DNA from: Atribacterota bacterium
GTDB taxonomy: Bacteria; Atribacterota; Phoenicimicrobiia; Phoenicimicrobiales; Stramentimicrobiaceae
Assembly (NCBI GenBank): GCA_040767965.1
Contig: JAXGNR010000008.1
Coordinates: 70,614 to 134,613 of the forward strand
Reading direction: 5' to 3'
DNA: 64,000 bases
Shown here: positions 52,921 to 61,766 of the stretch, one piece after another
Position numbering within the stretch: the first letter of the stretch is position 1
Layout: each line of letters begins with the position of its first letter
Notes under the pieces: generated by a model
Seen by the model: the letters and a program-made list of their open reading frames with translations, nothing else
Told to the model about the DNA's origin: nothing
Database searches by the model: none
Translations under genes and position numbers: made by a program

Positions 52921-54105
52921 ATGAAAAAATTAATGGTACTTTTCCTGATTGCCATTGTCTCTTTCTTTCTCTTCTCCGGCTGCCAGGGCCTCATCCCCTC
53001 CGAAGGAGAAGGAGAAGAAGAACCAGAAGGCATTGTGGTTGACATCCAAGGATCCGTCCAGGTAGAAGGCAAGACCTATCTCTCCCGGGGAACCCATGAT
53101 ATTACCGTGACCTTCCCGGCCCCTGTTACCGGTATTGTGAAAGGCTATATCACCTACTGCACAGGAGACTACAGCAAGAAAGTCAACGGAGACGGAACAG
53201 AAGTCATCTTCTTCCCCAATACCGACCGCACCGCCTGGACCGGCTCCGGCTCCTTCCAGGACAGTCAGTCTCTTTGCTGTGCCTCCTACCTGGAGATTAC
53301 CTCCGGAGCCTGTGAAGAAGAAGCCTGTATCCGTATTCCCATCATCATAGATTCAGAACCTCCCTATGCCACCATTGAAGTCTGTCTTTCTGACTGTACC
53401 TGTGATGGTTGTGAACTTTCTTTTACCAGTACGACTACTTCTCTTGACTGTGCTGAGGATACTGCCAACTCCGGGGATGACTGCTCAGGACTTGCCGGCT
53501 GGTCTCTTGCCCTTTATGAAGACTATCCCTTTGATGACTGCTGTGAGACCCCATGTGCCGAGCCTGTCTTTACCTGTTCCGGTACCGATTGTCCCATCGA
53601 ATGTACCACCGGTTGTCTCACTGAAGATCTTTACTATGCCCTGGTCACTTTGGTAGACCATACCGGCAATGAGGTGAGCTTTGGAACTCAAATCGAAATT
53701 GATCCTGAAGACTGCAGTTCCCTCGTCCTGAGTGACCTGGAGGCAGGAGACTGTCTGGATACTCCCTGGAACAGCGGGTTTGTGGTGTGCGAAGGTGTCA
53801 TTCCTGACTGGACCAGCGAAATAAGAATTGCAGATTATCAGGGAAAAGAAGCTATGGAAATTGGTGATATGGTCTATTCTACAATAAATAGCGGTATGAT
53901 TACCATTTATAATCTTACAGACCATGAATTAAGAATTAGTTTTTCTAAAGAAACATCTGGAGGTGGTTCAACCGGAGGTACAGGGCCTTATGATGCTTAT
54001 AAAAGTTATTCTTATTATTCAGTGGGAGACCAAATACTTTCAAGTGTTGAGCCTTATTCAGATGAATTTGGTTCTGGCTGGGAGATTATATTTGTATATC
54101 CATAA
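52921..54105 (+). CDS. Cysteine-rich acidic surface lipoprotein
   Basis: Lipobox FSGC, AAGGAG RBS, 22 Cys in the first ~290 aa. Confidence 0.8.
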   Translation: MKKLMVLFLIAIVSFFLFSGCQGLIPSEGEGEEEPEGIVVDIQGSVQVEGKTYLSRGTHDITVTFPAPVTGIVKGYITYCTGDYSKKVNGDGTEVIFFPNTDRTAWTGSGSFQDSQSLCCASYLEITSGACEEEACIRIPIIIDSEPPYATIEVCLSDCTCDGCELSFTSTTTSLDCAEDTANSGDDCSGLAGWSLALYEDYPFDDCCETPCAEPVFTCSGTDCPIECTTGCLTEDLYYALVTLVDHTGNEVSFGTQIEIDPEDCSSLVLSDLEAGDCLDTPWNSGFVVCEGVIPDWTSEIRIADYQGKEAMEIGDMVYSTINSGMITIYNLTDHELRISFSKETSGGGSTGGTGPYDAYKSYSYYSVGDQILSSVEPYSDEFGSGWEIIFVYP

Positions 54106-54204
54106 TTGGGTTTTTTCCGGATAAGAAAAAATTAATCTAAACTTGATAGAAAAACTATTTTGCAATTATTATTACAATACTTTATTTTTACCTAAAAGAA
54201 TGAA

Positions 54205-54239
54205 GCAAGGGTACCAATTTTGAAAAAAGGTGCCCTTGC
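54205..54239 (+). terminator. Probable terminator hairpin
   Basis: gcaagggtacc...ggtgcccttgc. Confidence 0.55.
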
Positions 54240-54523
54240 AACTTTTCACTCTTTGTCCGGACCTGCATATAATAAGGAAAGTTCCATATATATAATAAAG
54301 TAGAAGGATAATATTTTAGAAATGCAAAAAAAGTTTATCATAAGGTATAAGTAATTTTTAGTTTTATCTATTTTTAAAAAATAAAGACATTTAAATATAC
54401 ATTTAAATGTAAATGTAGTATATTAAAAGAAAACAAGACATTATTACTTCACATTACAATCACAGCCAACTATAAAAGTTATCAATTATCATCTTGACAA
54501 ACAAATATAATACCCTGTAAGAA

Positions 54524-54774
54524 GATAACAGGAAAGACTTTCTCTGGATTTAGGGAAAATTTAGAGAAAGCGCCCAAGGGGAAATATACCAAAATAAATG
54601 GTATTGAAACCTACCGGTACAACAGACTGTTATCAGACAGAACTCTGGAGAGCTTTTGGATAGAAAAGCACCGAAGAGGCAATTCCCCAGGCCTTAGGAA
54701 GGTCAAGCAGGGTTTTGCACAAAAGTGTTTCTCCTAATCCCTTTGGAAGAATCTTTCAGGTTAAAAGACAGAGT
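54524..54774 (+). ncRNA. Tandem glycine riboswitch (degenerate aptamer 1; aptamer 2 with a long insertion)
   Basis: Aptamer 1 P1 gataacag/ctgttatc; aptamer 2 CTCTGGAGAG...CACCGAAG..GCAA...TCTTTCAGG...GACAGAG. Confidence 0.85.
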
Positions 54775-54804
54775 AAGATATTTTATCTTATTCTGTCTTT
54801 TTTT
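54763..54804 (+). terminator. Riboswitch expression-platform terminator
   Basis: aaaagacagagtaagata-ttt-tatcttattctgtcttttttt; its 5' arm overlaps aptamer-2 P1. Confidence 0.85.
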
Positions 54805-54935
54805 ATTCAGGAGATTTTTATTTTATCTTAAACCACCGATAGTAATTTTGAGGAGGTGGTAAGTATTTTTTCTTTTTGTTTAGTTTTTAAATAAATAATA
54901 ATTTTTAGAAAGATTAGAAAGAGAGGATTATTAAG

Positions 54936-56426
54936 ATGATTAAATTATTAAGAAACAATAGAATTATTTTGAAATTACTTACATTTACTTTATTATTACT
55001 TTTTATTTCCAGTTGCGGCGGGGTTACTCCGGGGACTGATCCTCCCGCTATTGATTCTTTTACTGCAAGTCCTGCAAGTATTACTGAAGGAAGTAGCTCA
55101 ACGCTTAGTTGGGTTGTGACCGGTGCTTCCACTGTTAGTATTAATCAGGGTATTGGAACAGTTGATTTATCCGATTCGATCTCCGTATCCCCAACCACTA
55201 CCACAACTTACACTCTGACTGCCAACAATAGTGCAGGGACTATAACAGATAATGTAACCGTTACGGTGGGTGCAGATATGGAAGAAGCAATTCGGGTTGT
55301 TATTGAAGATATTCTTCCGGATATACCGGAAATTCAGTCAGGTTTCCCATATATATGTTTAAAATTAGCCTCACCTTTACCTTCTGGAACAGTTATTGAA
55401 GAAGATTCGATACCTGATCTGAAAGCACCAGTTAGGATTATTTTAGGAGAAGAGACATCTTTCTTTTATCTGGATTTAGCCCCTGGAAGCTATTATGCTC
55501 ATCCTGTGAAATACATTTTAGTAGACAAACAGGGGGGACATCAAATCCATGATGCCCAGTGGTGGCCAAAGATTAACAATATGATACCAGATATTATTGC
55601 TGAAGATACTCCTGATGAAGACTTTATTATTGCTTCCAGTATTATGACAAAAAAGCCCATTGGAACGATTCCTAATTACGTTTTTGACAAGATTATAAGC
55701 CAGTTCATGGAAGGTTTTATTGTAGTACAGGGCTTAATGCCTGAAGAAAATTGCTTTGGAGATGCCAACAAGACTTACCTGAATGGAATTAACTTCTTTA
55801 ATGCTTATAAAAATGCCTTTTCACGGGTTCAAGGTTTGGTTCAAAGCGATGCAAAGCAAGTATTAAGCGCCATAGATGCGATGGCTGATGAAGGTAGAAG
55901 TGTTATTACCATTTTTATTATCGCTCATGGGAATATTGATTGGATACGATTAGGAGGTGAAGGTTTTACTGCAAACCAGTTTAGGAATAAAATGAATGAA
56001 TACCCGGATGTTGCATTTAACTTCATTTTAGGTTCCTGTCATAGTGGGAGTTTTATTGATAATTTGAGTACTTTAGGGAATATCCATGTTGTGCAGACTG
56101 CCTGTGCCTCAGATGAAGGAGCAACAACCGATGTGGATGAATGGGGTTCATTTAATGATGTTAACCCTGCTGATGCGGGTAGTGAATGGACCAGTTCTCT
56201 GATTAAGGCAATGGAATTAATAGTTAATAATAATGACAGGTTGGGTACTATCCAGGGCATGGCCAGCACCTATGGTATACCGGTGACTTCAATATTGATA
56301 TGTGAAGCTGGCTTCGGAGCAGTCGGGACTAATCCTGGACTCGGCTTGTCTGCAGATTATGATTTATCCCATGTGGTAGGACATACTTCACCACGTCATT
56401 ATTGTATTACTGAAGTAGTCTATTAG
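54936..56426 (+). CDS. Lipoprotein with Ig/PKD-like domain and clan CD (caspase/legumain-like) cysteine peptidase domain
   Basis: Lipobox ISSC; IDSFTASP..ITEG..STLSW; FIIAHG and ILGSCHSGSF His-Cys dyad motifs. Confidence 0.75.
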   Translation: MIKLLRNNRIILKLLTFTLLLLFISSCGGVTPGTDPPAIDSFTASPASITEGSSSTLSWVVTGASTVSINQGIGTVDLSDSISVSPTTTTTYTLTANNSAGTITDNVTVTVGADMEEAIRVVIEDILPDIPEIQSGFPYICLKLASPLPSGTVIEEDSIPDLKAPVRIILGEETSFFYLDLAPGSYYAHPVKYILVDKQGGHQIHDAQWWPKINNMIPDIIAEDTPDEDFIIASSIMTKKPIGTIPNYVFDKIISQFMEGFIVVQGLMPEENCFGDANKTYLNGINFFNAYKNAFSRVQGLVQSDAKQVLSAIDAMADEGRSVITIFIIAHGNIDWIRLGGEGFTANQFRNKMNEYPDVAFNFILGSCHSGSFIDNLSTLGNIHVVQTACASDEGATTDVDEWGSFNDVNPADAGSEWTSSLIKAMELIVNNNDRLGTIQGMASTYGIPVTSILICEAGFGAVGTNPGLGLSADYDLSHVVGHTSPRHYCITEVVY

Positions 56427-56479
56427 AATATTAGAATATTCAAATTAATCAAAATAAGGGTCTATAATTGAAAAATAAC

Positions 56480-57975
56480 ATTTCAACTATAGCATAGTCT
56501 GATCAACCAGGATAGTCAAACAACTTTCTTTATGCCAGAATAAATACATATGGCCGAAGGAGCATTTGTGGCTTTTGGGGTTTGTCCAAAGACAATTCGT
56601 TTGTCTTAGGTGACTCGATCTGAACTGCCGGATGCTCCTCGGCCTCCTGTAAAAGTCTAATGGGAAGATGCCTTTAAAGTGGCTATTATAGACGCGATAA
56701 TACAGGAGGCCAGGCCACAAAACAGGAGGAGAAGAAAATGAAAAGGCTATCCGGAGGAATCGATATCGGAAGATACACACATCATATGATTATTCTGGAT
56801 GAGAAAGAACAGATCCTATACCAGAGGAGCCTACCCCATCAATTAGGGGAAATAAAGGAAACCATGAAACAGTTGAAATCTTTACAGAAAAAAGAAAATG
56901 CTCAGCTTTCCTTTGCCTTAGAGGGTAAAAACGGTTACAGTAATCCCCTGGACCTATTAAGCTTTGGACCAGGCTTACTCTCTACAATGTGGATAACTAC
57001 AAATTAAAGCGCTTCCGGGAGGCCTTCCCCGGAGAATGGCGGGATGATAACAGGGATGCTTTGATGCTCTCAAAAATGTTAAACTTGAAAGAGCACATCA
57101 ACACTAGCCAGGAGAAGATCTTTATCGAAATAACCAGACCTTCCATCATTCCTGAAAGCCTGAAACTGCTTTCCCAAATCATCAGCAGCTTTTAATTGAT
57201 GAAAAGGTCAGACTGACCAATCGTTTGGGCAAGAAATTACTGAGGTCTGTCCTGAGCTATTAACCCTGGGTAAATTAAAATATCAGAAGATCATTGCCAT
57301 CCTGGCCAAATATCCGGATTTTTCAAGATACTCAAAGATAACTCTCAAATCTTTGTTAAAGATACCGAATCGGCAAAAAGCAGGCACCTGGCCTCTTATC
57401 CGGTTTACATGGTCTTGCCTATATGCCAGATTTAACTAATATTTACAAAACCATTATCTCCTCCTACAGTAAACGTATCCTGCAATTACAAAAGGAGATT
57501 AAAGAAATCGATGCAAAGATGGACCAGATAGGAGCACATAACGATGCAATAAAACATTTCAAAAGAGTATACCTCGGCGGCAACCAAACTGGCCAGCCGC
57601 TTTCTCGGAGAAATCGGTGATATCAATCGTTTCCCTTCGAGAAGAAGTTAGCTGCCATCTACTGTGGCAGCATCGCCTGTGTTAACAATTTCTCCGGTAA
57701 AAACGAATAAGACCAAAGTAGTCTATAAGGCCAACAAGATTGCCAAACAGGCTTTAATAACCATGGCCGGAAGCCGCAGTATCCGTGTAAATCCACAGTG
57801 CCGTGATTATTATCTCAAAAAAGAACAGAAGGGAAAGTTCATAACCATGCCCTGAGATGTCTGGCCAGGCAGATGATTAAAGTCATTTACCGGATGCTAA
57901 CTGAGGACAGGGATTATCAGATAAAAAGAGAAGCTTGAAAGTGGCATAAAAAAGTTCTAATAAGCTAGTTGAATG
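56480..57975 (+). mobile_element. Degraded IS110-family element (boundaries approximate)
   Basis: Higher-GC block with a structured 5' non-coding end and a fragmented DEDD transposase. Confidence 0.8.
56738..57937 (+). pseudogene. IS110 transposase, multiply frameshifted
   Basis: GIDIG, ALEG..GY, DD.RDA (DEDD residues) and ANK.AKQAL...DYYLKK spread over ORF fragments 56738-57007, 56989-57195, 57423-57620 and 57664-57855. Confidence 0.85.
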
Positions 57976-58013
57976 GTCAGAGAAATTTCTGACCATTCAA
58001 CTAGCTTATTAGA
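57956..58013. repeat. Perfect 26-bp inverted repeat with 6-nt spacer
   Basis: tctaataagctagttgaatggtcaga-gaaatt-tctgaccattcaactagcttattaga. Confidence 0.9.
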
Positions 58014-58183
58014 TAGGATCTAAATATTTATTATCAGCAATAACCTTTCCAATAAAGGACAAATAAAATAGTCGTATATTATCTATGAATTATGATATTT
58101 TGTCTTTTATCACCAAATACAATGGATATTTATTTATTCTCAGACTTATTTTAATAGTTTAATTAATGGAGATTAACTATTTT

Positions 58184-58411
58184 TTATTCAAAAATAGCAT
58201 CAAATTCTATTTTATTTTCTCTTAATATTCTTTCTATTTTTGGCCTATCAACGGAATTAAAGCTCAGGCATATCCCGCAATCAGAGCTTAAATGGCGGGG
58301 TACCGGGATAAGTTTAACAATAAGTCCCTGTTTCTTTGCTAAGCTTTCTGTTTTAATAGCTCCGCTGGTTGAATAAAAGATAACAACACTTTTTGGTCCT
58401 GATTCAGTCAT
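58184..58411 (-). CDS. DUF3343 family protein
   Basis: F.STS.AIK.E, IPVPRHLSSDCG; last gene of the yedE operon; ATG 58411 preferred over 58483. Confidence 0.85.
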   Translation of the reverse strand: MTESGPKSVVIFYSTSGAIKTESLAKKQGLIVKLIPVPRHLSSDCGICLSFNSVDRPKIERILRENKIEFDAIFE

Positions 58412-58427
58412 TTTGTTAACCTTTCTG

Positions 58428-59579
58428 TTATTTTCCTTGTGCGATTTTACTGACACCCATAACTGCTTTTTGTATATCCTCATCCGTATTAAAGAAACTC
58501 ATACCAAAACGGACAGTCCCGGTAGGGAAAGTTCCTATGGTTTTATGGGCAGCAGGAGAGCAATGCAAACCGACCCGGCACATTAGATCATATTCTTCAT
58601 CAAGCTTTAATCCGATGTCAGAAGGAGACTGGTTTTGAATATTAAAAGAAACTACAGCAACCCGATTTTCAATGTCTTCTTTCCCGTATACGGTAATTCC
58701 AGGTATTTCTTTTAAACCTGAAATTAATTTATTAGTCAGGGACATCTCCTGCTGGTGTATTTGTCTAATTCCTTTTTTTAGAATACAGTTAATTCCTGCA
58801 TTCAATCCGGCTATTCCGACTATATTTGATGTTCCGCTTTCATACAGATCAGGTAGAAAATCAGGATGGTTTTCCGATTCTGAGCGGCTGCCGGTTCCAC
58901 CAGTTTTAAGGGGGGAAATCCTGTGAATATCAACACTATCTCCTATGACTAATCCACCAGTACCTGTTGGCCCAAAGAGGCTTTTATGGCCTGTGAAGGC
59001 CAAAAGGTCAATATTATCCTTTTTCATATCTAGTGGATAGGCACCAGCTGTCTGGGCAGCGTCGACCAGAAATAGAATATTCCTTTTTCTGGCTATTTCT
59101 CCGACAGAATGGATAGGAAGCACTGTACCAGTCACATTAGAAGCATGGTTCAGGACAATCAGGGCAGTATTCTCTTTAATGGCTTTTTCAATATCTTCCG
59201 GCTCAAGAGCACCATCAGCGGAACAGGGAATTGCCTGTACCTGAACTCTCTTTTTTTCAAGTTCCCGTAAGGGACGCATAACAGCGTTATGTTCCATACT
59301 ACTGGTTATTACATGGTCTCCAGAGTGCAGTAATCCTTTTAAAACCAGGTTAATAGCTTCGGTTCCATTCAGGGTAAAAATAATTCTCAAAGGATCCGAA
59401 GAGTTAAAAAGCTCAGCCAGACTTTCCCGACATTGATAAAGAATTCTCGCGGCTTCTATGGATAGACGATGTCCTGAACGTCCGGGACTTGCACCTATAT
59501 TTTCTGTAAAATCAATGATAGCTTCTATAACCTCTTTTGGCTTTGGGTAAGAAGTAGCTGCATTGTCAAAATAAATCAT
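58428..59579 (-). CDS. Cysteine desulfurase/selenocysteine lyase family (aminotransferase class V)
   Basis: IYFDNAATSYPKP, HASNVTG, DAAQTAG, TGHKSLFGP, RVGLHCSP. Confidence 0.92.
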   Translation of the reverse strand: MIYFDNAATSYPKPKEVIEAIIDFTENIGASPGRSGHRLSIEAARILYQCRESLAELFNSSDPLRIIFTLNGTEAINLVLKGLLHSGDHVITSSMEHNAVMRPLRELEKKRVQVQAIPCSADGALEPEDIEKAIKENTALIVLNHASNVTGTVLPIHSVGEIARKRNILFLVDAAQTAGAYPLDMKKDNIDLLAFTGHKSLFGPTGTGGLVIGDSVDIHRISPLKTGGTGSRSESENHPDFLPDLYESGTSNIVGIAGLNAGINCILKKGIRQIHQQEMSLTNKLISGLKEIPGITVYGKEDIENRVAVVSFNIQNQSPSDIGLKLDEEYDLMCRVGLHCSPAAHKTIGTFPTGTVRFGMSFFNTDEDIQKAVMGVSKIAQGK

Positions 59580-59607
59580 GATATTCCTTCCTGATTAATA
59601 ATTTATT

Positions 59608-59820
59608 CTATTTGGTTATGATTAGCAAATATTCTTCTCCTTGTTCTTTTACTTCCACCTTCCAGCCATTATTGTTAGCCATACGGGAAACATTATCTTT
59701 TGCAGTTCCTGTATCGACTAATACCTCTAAAGTACCTTCTTTAAGTTCTGTTAATTTATTCTTTACCTTTACAACCGGAAGTGGACAGGAAAGCCCTCTT
59801 ACATCAAATTTTTCACTCAT
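59608..59820 (-). CDS. TusA/YedF-family sulfur/selenium carrier
   Basis: DVRGLSCPLPV motif. Confidence 0.9.
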   Translation of the reverse strand: MSEKFDVRGLSCPLPVVKVKNKLTELKEGTLEVLVDTGTAKDNVSRMANNNGWKVEVKEQGEEYLLIITK

Positions 59821-60917
59821 GATACGGATACCTCCTTTTTCTTTTTAACTAAGTCACTCATACTAATTCCTATTAATAAACATATAATTAATCCTGTTAT
59901 AACCGAAGCTGGTCCCCAGACACCGGGCCCTGCTCCGGAGCTGGCAGTAGCAAAATTATGGGCAAAACCTGCGCCGAAAATCATTCCTAAAACAAAAACT
60001 GCAGCATCGGAATCTCCTTCTCCGGAAAGAAAAAGCTGACGTCCCGGACAGCCTCCTGCCAGCGTAAAAGCCAAGCCTGCCAAAACCATTCCACCGAAAT
60101 TCCAGATTTGACTTGTGTGGGCAACTGGCTGATTTTGAAATCCAGGATTAAACTGCCCCAATACCATATTGCTAATCCAGGCTGCTATCAATAAACTGAC
60201 TACTCCGGTAAACAGGTAAGTATCTTTAATCAAAAGAATATCTCTGGCAGCTGCAACTGTACAAAACCTGCTTCTCTGAGCAATAAAACCGATAATTAAC
60301 GCAATCAGTAAGGCTATCAGGACCGGTGCATATTGAGAACCGGGGCCTTCGGTACTGAAAAAAACTGCCTCGCTGGGCAATTGAGGTTTAAAAACTAATA
60401 ACAGTAAAAGACCTGCCATAATTGAAGGTAAAATCCAGCCCGCCAGGGGTCTGATTCTCTGGTTGCGTCCAAGATCAAAACCGGATTTGATAAAAAAGAT
60501 ACCAATAGAGATGCCAGCCACTAATCCTGCAATACCAAAGATGGCATTTCCGTCTCCTCCGGATAAACGCAGCAGGGCTCTCCATGGACAACCCAGGAAG
60601 ACCAAAGAGCCAATCATTGCCAGAAAGCCTAAGACAAAGCGGATCAGGGGAGACGAACCCCCTCTGGGTTTAAATTCTTTGAAGACCAGAGCAGCAATCA
60701 GAGAACCCAGCACAAAACCGATAATCTCAGGTCTTATATACTGAACTACTGCTGCCCGATGAAAACCTAAAGCACCGGCAATATCTCTTTCAAAACAGGC
60801 TACACAGATACCCATATTTGCAGGATTGCCCAGTTTTTGCAGGATAGTTGCCGCTATACCGATAAAAACTCCGGTAGAGATAATTAATTTCCGAGAAGAA
60901 AGTAATTTTTTTAACAT
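59817..60917 (-). CDS. yedE: YedE-family putative selenium transporter
   Basis: GNPANMGICVACFERDIAGALG, QYIRPEI, FLGCPWR, QRSRFC, GGCPGRQL. Confidence 0.9.
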   Translation of the reverse strand: MLKKLLSSRKLIISTGVFIGIAATILQKLGNPANMGICVACFERDIAGALGFHRAAVVQYIRPEIIGFVLGSLIAALVFKEFKPRGGSSPLIRFVLGFLAMIGSLVFLGCPWRALLRLSGGDGNAIFGIAGLVAGISIGIFFIKSGFDLGRNQRIRPLAGWILPSIMAGLLLLLVFKPQLPSEAVFFSTEGPGSQYAPVLIALLIALIIGFIAQRSRFCTVAAARDILLIKDTYLFTGVVSLLIAAWISNMVLGQFNPGFQNQPVAHTSQIWNFGGMVLAGLAFTLAGGCPGRQLFLSGEGDSDAAVFVLGMIFGAGFAHNFATASSGAGPGVWGPASVITGLIICLLIGISMSDLVKKKKEVSVS

Positions 60918-61117
60918 CAATATTTTCCTTTCAAATTAAGTTTTATAATATTTTTATTCAAAAAGAGTTTTCCAATAAAAAATATTTTAGTAAGTAAAAG
61001 ACAAAAGGGTATTGGTAATAACTATATCAGCTATAAATAGGTTTATTGGGTGATAATAAAATTAAAAGATAATCTGTCTTGAAACTAAGAAGTAACTTTT
61101 AATTTTTAAAAGGGGGT

Positions 61118-61237
61118 TCAATAGCCGACCGCTATTTTTTTTAAAAAATAACGTCAGCCAGGCACAAAGAAGTCAAAATCAGGAAATTCAATCATTTTTA
61201 GACTGTCATATTTATCAGACTGAATTAAGAATCTCAT
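61118..61237 (-). CDS. Putative leader peptide with in-frame UGA (MRFLIQSDKYDSLKMIEFPDFDFFVPG-U-RYFLKKIAVGY)
   Basis: ATG 61237 after purine-rich GAAAGAGAAG; UGA at 61156-61154; SECIS-like hairpin; lies upstream of yedE. Confidence 0.5.
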
Positions 61238-61344
61238 AATTTACTTCTCTTTCAAAAAATGGATAGGTATTTGAAATACTAAATGAATATTTTTAATTCA
61301 CGTATATAAATCACACCTGGATCGTCAATGCATTGTCAAGTTGC

Positions 61345-61376
61345 AAAGTTGTCAAAGGGACGGTTCTTTTGACAAC
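61345..61376 (+). repeat. REP-like imperfect palindrome, copy 1
   Basis: aaagttgtcaaagggacggttcttttgacaac. Confidence 0.85.
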
Positions 61377-61602
61377 AATTAACATTACTATTCACCTGCT
61401 AAATTACTTCAATTAACTGTAAAATAAATTTAATTGTCAGGGAATATAATCTTTTAAAAATGCAATCAGTAAACTTGATGATTGTTCTTCAAATAAGGAA
61501 AACATAGTCGATATTATTGATGTTTTTTAAGGTAGGAATGTTTGGTGTAAATTGCTAAAACATGAGAAGCTGGAAAAAGTTACCGAGTTATTGAGCTAGT
61601 AC

Positions 61603-61620
61603 AACCGTCCCTTTGACAAC
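61603..61620 (-). repeat. REP-like palindrome, partial inverted copy
   Basis: aaccgtccctttgacaac. Confidence 0.75.
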
Positions 61621-61766
61621 TACAACTATATAAAAGTTTCAAAAAATAGAATTACCCTTGACTATAAAATTATTTGTTGTTTAATATATTAATATAGTAA
61701 ACATTATGGTAGTAACATTTTTTAAAACCCTTTTTGTTAATTTTAAAGGAAAGTAAGTATAAATGC

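Noticed and set aside
53366-53925. Overlapping ORFs 53366-53656 (+) and 53485-53925 (-)
   Set aside because: Shadow frames produced by the GC-richer codon bias of the Cys-rich lipoprotein
56487-56780. 97-aa minus-strand ORF
   Set aside because: Antisense to the structured IS110 left end; no RBS or motif
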